The notes beneath the pieces are model-generated. The model had not been told where the DNA came from. It was given only the letters and a program-made list of their open reading frames with translations, and did not search any database. This document shows positions 34,863 to 40,669 of a stretch of 40,669 nt of DNA, in pieces (the first letter of the stretch is position 1; each line of letters begins with the position of its first letter). The translations under genes and the position numbers were made by a program. The DNA comes from Nemertoderma westbladi. Lineage: Eukaryota; Animalia; Xenacoelomorpha. Location: contig JAUCBJ010002351.1 in assembly GCA_032718475.1 (NCBI GenBank), forward strand, positions 1-40,669, written 5' to 3'.

Positions 34863-37800
34863 CTTGAGATATGGAGTATTAATTTCAAAGACAGCTGCCA
34901 TTTTATTAGCCCCTGATTTTTGATTATTGGTAGTAACAATGTGTTGGCAAGCTGTATTTTTCGAGGTGTTTGTTATTATACATTTTATTATAAGAAGGGA
35001 TCTAGGGGTCTTAACCTCGAATGATAAGTTTATTTTACCGAAAATAACTTATCTTTTATTGGCGCAATTGTAGTTGTATTTGGTATACCATTTCTTTCTA
35101 ACCTCAGCCTTTTCTTATACCATCGCCGACGAATACCAGAGTCTAATTTATTTACAACATCTTTGAGTATCTTTGCATTATCAAGTTGATGTTCCACACC
35201 AAGACGCTTTAATTGTTTGAGGGTTCTGTTAAACTCATCAGCAAATTCTATAACTTTAGAACTAGAAGTTCCTTTTATAGGTTCAATTTTTAACAGTCCT
35301 TCTATAAGTGAGTTCACAATATTTTCATCTTTGCCATAACGTCTTCTTAATTCACCCCAAGCTTGATCAAAACCATCTTCTAAGCCAACAAAGGTTTGAG
35401 CGAGGCAGTGGAGTGCAGTGGAGCATCTTCCAACATTGAACAAAGGTAGTTGTGCTTCTCTTGATCTGAGAGTGGGTAAATTAGTACATTTGTTTTAAAA
35501 TGATGTTGGAAATTTATCCATTCATCGGGGGCGCCAGAAAATTTTATGAATTTTAATTTTGGTAAATTTCTATCCGCTGAAAGACGGCTCATGGCCTGAA
35601 CTATGCTTTCCTCAGCTGCAGACTGATTTGTTCTTTTTTGGGAAAAGTCTAGAAACCCAGGCGTATTGTATTTTCTCCTAGTATCATGTACATCTTGTTC
35701 GATTACGTGTTGGTTAGTTAGTTCTTCTATACGATCAGTCATTTCTTTAGAGTTCTGGCGTACAATATCTTGAACGAATTTCTCGAATTGTGGCGGGATT
35801 GACATAGGATCTGCGTTATTATCTGTGATGATTTTCTGAGTATTTGTATTGTTTGGGCCAATACTGTAGGAAGTTAAATTGGGCAATTCCTGTCGGTGGT
35901 GCGAAGCTAGACGTATTCGTTCCTGTTCAGATTGTTGACGTTGAGCTGCTTGCTGATTTAATTCATTACTCTGTTGAAGAACAGTGGCAGTTAGATGCTC
36001 ATTTTGGATTTGCATATCAGCCATTATCTGTCTTACCTCACTATTAATCAAATGTTGCTGAATATTGCCTGGTCTATTAGTAGGTTGTCGCGGAGATACT
36101 GTATATTGATGGCTATTTCGCAGGCTGTTATATTGCTGAGATGGGACATAGGTAGGATTAACAAATCGATGATTCTGCGGTAGTGTTCCTAAGTTTGAGT
36201 GTGGAATGAGAGGGGCTGAATTTATTGCTGGTTGTTGCTGAACTAACTCAGACATAGGATGATTCAGCTCCAATGAAGGATTTTGAAGATTAGATACAGG
36301 TATACCACCAATTTTCAACTCACTTGAACATTGTCGAGAATCTTTTGCTTCCCCAGCATGGTTCGGAGATGTATAGTTATACGGAAGAATATTTTTATTT
36401 ATTAAAACAATAGGCGATAATGCTCGTGGAGGCTGTTCATTAGATCTAGTCACTGGGACTTTGGAATTCGATCGACTCTGGTCATCTAATCGAGTTGAAG
36501 TGAGGGGGTGAGCTACAACATTATGTCCTGTTTGCAAATTGGCTGCAGAAATGGCGATATCATCAGGAATATTGGGATTTACTTCCAAGTCATTTTCATT
36601 GAGGTCCATGTCATCCTCATCAGATTCCCCAGGCTCATCATCTTGTGACAAATAACGTCGGATAGAGTGTGGCAGTGAAGTCAATGGATGAATACTAGAC
36701 ATCCGCTCATCAATTGGATCTCCAATAGCCTGTGCAGCTTCCCTAGCAGCTCTCCCCAATTTTCTCAACTCTTGTTGTCGAATGGCTAGTTGTTGATCCA
36801 TTTGTAGTTCAAGTTGCTTTCGCTTGAGTTCCTCTTCAATATCCTGCTCCTTTCTTTTTCTCTCCCGTTCCTCTGCTTCGCGGACTAAAGATCTTTTCTT
36901 GGCCTTTGCGTCTATTTTTAGTTTTTCCATTTCAACTCCCTTCTTAAGTAAGTCTATAGCTATTTTTTCATTCTCTTCAAACTGGTGGAATCTGGCTTCC
37001 TTGTATGCTGCATCTTCCGCAAGTCTTCTTCTGTTTTCTGAGATGACAGAAGGGGGTTCGCTGACTTGACTCAGTGAACAGTTTGGGGTTTTTCCAGTGA
37101 GAAGAGTCATACCTCGTGTGCCACAAATCTCAGCTAGTTTATTAGCAATTTCTTTCATACGGACAAGATGTTGTTGTTTTTTGTCTCGGGCTCTATTTAC
37201 AAGAGACTGAAAATTACGGGCTTCTGCCACCATTTTAAAATCTGAGTTAAGTATGAGTAATTTATTTCCCTTAGATTCTAATTCCATATAGATTTGGAAT
37301 ACCTGATCCTCCCGTAATGATTTAAGATTCTCTGGGGTGAGCTTAGAAGTTAAACTGTTGAGATATCGAGTGGAGGAGGCTAGGTATCCTGATAAACTCC
37401 GGCCCAGTCTCTCCTCAGAAGCACAAGCATCAATATCGTATGACCATAGGGGGGAACAAGCATCAAGGACTCGTTGGCGTGACTTATCAGAAAATCGTCT
37501 GACAGCTATGCTCAAGCACTGATTCTCATCTAGGATTGGTAGTAATATGGAAGTTGTATGATCCACTGGAGTAGGTGGTAAAGAAGTGGAAGGATCAAGG
37601 ACTGTTTGATCTCCATCATATTCTCCACTGATTGATGAAGATTCACTTCTAGGAAGTGACTTAGTGCCAGTCGCCATAATATATATTTTTTTTGTTAAAT
37701 TGTTTTTGATCAAATTGGGAAAATATAAGTTGAGTAAATATCATCAAATTATTGAAATTATATTTAAATGGAATGTACTGGTGTCTGAATAGTACAAATA

Positions 37801-38645
37801 CAAATCAATACTGGTACAGTATTAACAGTAAATATTACAGTACACCTTCACTACTACCGGTACTTGTTAATATAATATTAATACTACTATAGGATACTAT
37901 GTTGAAATAAACCAGCAATGTAATTAACACATGTACATGTAACCCTTTTAAATAATCAGGTCCGTTAATACTATACCTCCCTTTTTATATAGGCCTACCG
38001 GTATATGTTGTGTTGTATTATATATAATACATACAACTCTGCATGTATGCCAATAATCATTTAAAATAATTTATGCTTGCTGCTTTATTTATGGTAGGTT
38101 ACCGGTATGGGTAGCCTATGGGACCTACCAGTCTGCCCGTTAAGTACGGTAGGCCTACTCCTCTAGCAGCCTAGAACTGTAGGGTAAAGTAGAAACACAG
38201 AAACAGGATGCAAATAATTGGAATAAAATGATTGACAAACACAAATATATTTAAACTGGGTTGAACTAATAGCAAGTTGGGCATCCCCAAGAGAGCAATC
38301 CCAGAAAGCTAAAACTGTAAAAGTTCACAGGAATCACTTCTCAGACTGAAAAGTCAGAATATGAGCGAAAATATGCGGTCCTGAGGTGGAGCTCGCAAGT
38401 TCGCAGGATTGGTTGTAATTAAACAGTGACGAGCAGTTTAATTTTGAAATAAGGGCAATGTCTGGCCGTATAACAGCAAACCAGCAGTGTCCTGCCCTAC
38501 CGGGCTACCGGTAGGTGAATGCGAGTTCGGAACTTGGCCACATTGACGCAAAGAAGCACAAACCGCACAGGTTGGTTTGAGAACGCCGAATTTTGATTCG
38601 GGCAATCCTCCTCAACCAACTGCAACCTAACCTATAAAGGAAAAG

Positions 38646-38657
38646 GTTCTGATTTTT
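38646..38657 (-). promoter_or_regulatory. Non-tRNA PBS position of element 2, complementary to LTR site 28356..28367 (candidate self-priming)
   Basis: Minus strand after LTR ...GACA reads AT-AAAAATCAGAAC with no TGG; exact 12-nt reverse complement inside the longer LTR copy. Confidence 0.65.
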
Positions 38658-38659
38658 AT

Positions 38660-39163
38660 TGTCACGGTGACTACCTCATACAGTCATATATGCCAGTACT
38701 GCAGTACGCAGATATGGCAGTATGGACGAAGCCGTTTAGAAAGTTTCAATATAAAAAAACGCCGAAAGGGACGAACCGCAATCTTATATATAAAATACTT
38801 TCTTGGTCCCCGAGCCAGACCAGTCAGTCGTTATGCTGGGCCCTTCTGTCAGGTATGTTCTCTTTTTAATAAGAGAATTGACACTGTCTATCTAATTATG
38901 AATTAATTACCTTACTATAAAATGTGTATAAAATGTGCTCTGCATATGCCAACCCAACCCAAAGTCCACCCCGATTGGCCCACCCAAAGTCAGAAAGTCG
39001 CCCAAATACAGAAATGTCCACCCTGATTAGCCCACCCAAACAGCCAAAGTCTGAAAGTTGTAAGAGATAAATAATGAATAACGTGAATAGCGTACGCTCC
39101 AGGCAGCCAGGACGGTAGAAAGGTGCCAGGATCCGAGGCTGGACAGGTTTATCCGATTATATG
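38660..39163 (-). repeat. 5' LTR of element 2, truncated
   Basis: Matches 27804..28307; identity ends abruptly at 39163, where Gypsy RNase H sequence begins. Confidence 0.95.
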
Positions 39164-40010
39164 TAAAGATTATTATTAAACTGATTGTCAACTGTCCGTA
39201 ACTATAACATCAGATGCATCAAAAATTGCCATAGGTGCTGCATTGCACGAAATAAGTTCCGCGGAAGAATCAGTACCAATCGCATTCTATTCTCGAGAAT
39301 TAAGTGACAATGAATCGAATTGGTCAGCTTTTGACCGAGAATTATTAGCAGCATTCCAGGCAACTCGACACTTACGGGATACCTTAGAAGGGCGCCATGT
39401 AATTTTATACACAGATAACAATTGCGATAACACAGATCGAGGCGGACAGTTCGAGTCTGAATTAATGGCTGAAATCTCGAAAATAATCAGCTTCCACTGT
39501 ATGCGTACGACATCATATCATCCACAAGCAAATGGTAAAATCGAAAGATTTCATAGAACACATTTCATAGAGTTTATTCTGAAACAGCACAAACATATTT
39601 CCGAGCTAGACTTCCAAGTTCAGTCCTGTTCAGGCGAACCCCAAATAGTAAAGTCTTATATACAACAAAAACTACAAATTTGTGAACAGGTATTCGTCCG
39701 GATTGACAGAATCCGTAAACCCCTGGAGCACCTTATCAAGGGCCATTCCCAGTCATAACTCGCTCTGACAAAAGCTTCTGCATTCGAACTCCAGTTGGTC
39801 AACAAACTGTATCAATAGAGTGGCTAAAACCATGCAATGTATCGGTGTTTGTGGACAAAGTACCCCATGACAAAAGAGATCATAACTTCAAGGTTAAACA
39901 CGACTTACTAGATTCGACAAACCTTACACCACAAACCATAACTGACACAATTAAAAAAACAATAAAAACTCGTAGTGGTAAGAAAGTACGTTTCTACAAT
40001 AGAGTAGTAA
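39164..40010 (+). pseudogene. pol: Ty3/Gypsy pol remnant (RNase H and integrase pieces with internal deletions)
   Basis: SDASKIAIGAAL, IAFYSR.L...E.NWSAFDRELLA, LYTD, TDRGGQFES, TTSYHPQANGKIERFHR, VFVRID, PYQGPF (frameshifted), TRSGKKVRF. Confidence 0.9.
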
Positions 40011-40071
40011 TAGTACCTGTTTAAAAGTTTCAGTTTAAAAATTATTTGTATAAAGATGCATTCCATTTTTT

Positions 40072-40669
40072 GGTGGAAGGAGTTATGTAGTGCGCGGGAC
40101 ATATGAATGCAGTTATGACAGAAAATATTAAGAGATTCACTCGGCACTGCCATCTTTTCTCAGGCCATTAGGCCTACAGCGTTACAGCAGTCCGTCTGAT
40201 TCAGACACAGACAGTTCTATTATACCAGTACGGTGTAGCGTCATAAATGACCCTGCAGTAGACGACCAGTGTCTGCGCGGTTAATGATTTTGATTACCGT
40301 TGACTGTGAACGACCCAACATGTAGTTGTGCGGTACACAGCCCCAATTACAGCAGGCCATTGTAATAATGTTAATATAATTATTGTCTAGACTACTGTTG
40401 AATTAACTGTGAACGACAAGTTACCGCAACGGTACCGTTGAGTGTGATTGAGCTCTAAGAAAGATAATATGTTAATAAACTGTAATTAGATTTAAATAAA
40501 TGTGGTTAGTGTGGATAAATAACTAAATAGCATGTTAGAGGAAATGTCATGTGAAAGTCACGGTGAATAACACAAAAAAATACCGCTATGTCTATGTCTA
40601 ATACTAATAACACACAAAAAACGTATAAATACTATAATTAAATGATATATTAATTCAGTTAAGAGGGTC
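40072..40669 (+). repeat. PPT and probable 3' LTR of the Gypsy remnant (right end not determined)
   Basis: GGTGGAAGGAGTTA followed by TGTAGTG at 40086, shortly after the integrase end; AATAAA motifs downstream. Confidence 0.6.

Larger units (their letters stand above)
34511..35074 (-). mobile_element. Retrozyme-like insertion: about 1.4 copies of a 412-bp tRNA-promoter plus hammerhead monomer
   Basis: 8-bp TSD TGTATTTG (34503-10, 35075-82); removing the insert restores Gag GIPNTAITASHF. Direct repeats 34507..34662 and 34919..35073 differ by one G and lack TG..CA ends. Confidence 0.85.
29587..37677 (-). pseudogene. pol: Gag-Pol polyprotein of element 2 (about four frameshifts and one insertion)
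   Basis: ATG at 37677; KFSGAPDEW Gag domain, three knuckles, LIDTGS, RT NIYMDD, RH HIFSDAS/WTDAS/NPAD, IN HHCC, GIDMFGP, SDNGGNF, GGTYERLV, end RPIRKLCLLE. Lesions near 35410, 34511-35082, 32300, 30010 and 29865. Confidence 0.95.
27804..39163 (-). mobile_element. BEL/Pao LTR retrotransposon (element 2), near full-length and disrupted
   Basis: LTR match 27804..28307 = 38660..39163 (three substitutions seen); domain order gag-PR-RT-RH-IN with Pao signatures. Confidence 0.95.

Noticed and set aside
34798-34870. Functional tRNA-Gly gene
   Set aside because: No proper acceptor stem, an irregular anticodon arm, and it is embedded in a mobile insert.
34507-35073. TRIM or mini-LTR interpretation of the Gag insertion
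   Set aside because: No TG..CA ends, PBS or PPT; the 8-bp TSD and central hammerhead fit a permuted tandem monomer better.
4182-37522. Numerous 60-110 aa ORFs antisense to gag/pol or within LTRs and AT-rich DNA
   Set aside because: Shadow or chance ORFs with no domain signal.

Overview
AT-rich eukaryotic DNA, probably from an invertebrate, made almost entirely of transposable elements; no intact host gene is recognisable. It holds two different BEL/Pao LTR retrotransposons on the minus strand. Element 1 (2..9110) is internally deleted and non-autonomous, keeps gag-protease, and carries extra 3' coding sequence including a triple zinc-knuckle ORF. Element 2 (27804..39163) has a full but frameshifted gag-PR-RT-RH-IN, and its 5' LTR is cut off by a Ty3/Gypsy remnant. 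Between them lie RTE-type LINE fragments, a Deu/Nin-type SINE, several MITE/MULE-like elements, and an insertion nest of up to six levels (16971..22629). Two signals stand out. (1) Neither BEL/Pao element has a tRNA primer-binding site; in both, 11-12 nt at or 2 nt past the 5' LTR end are exactly complementary to a site inside their own LTR, the signature of Tf1-like self-priming. (2) There are two minimal hammerhead ribozymes, one inside a 412-bp tRNA-promoter/hammerhead retrozyme-like unit inserted as about 1.4 copies with an 8-bp TSD into the element 2 gag. All calls were made by eye; no database searches or folding programs were run.
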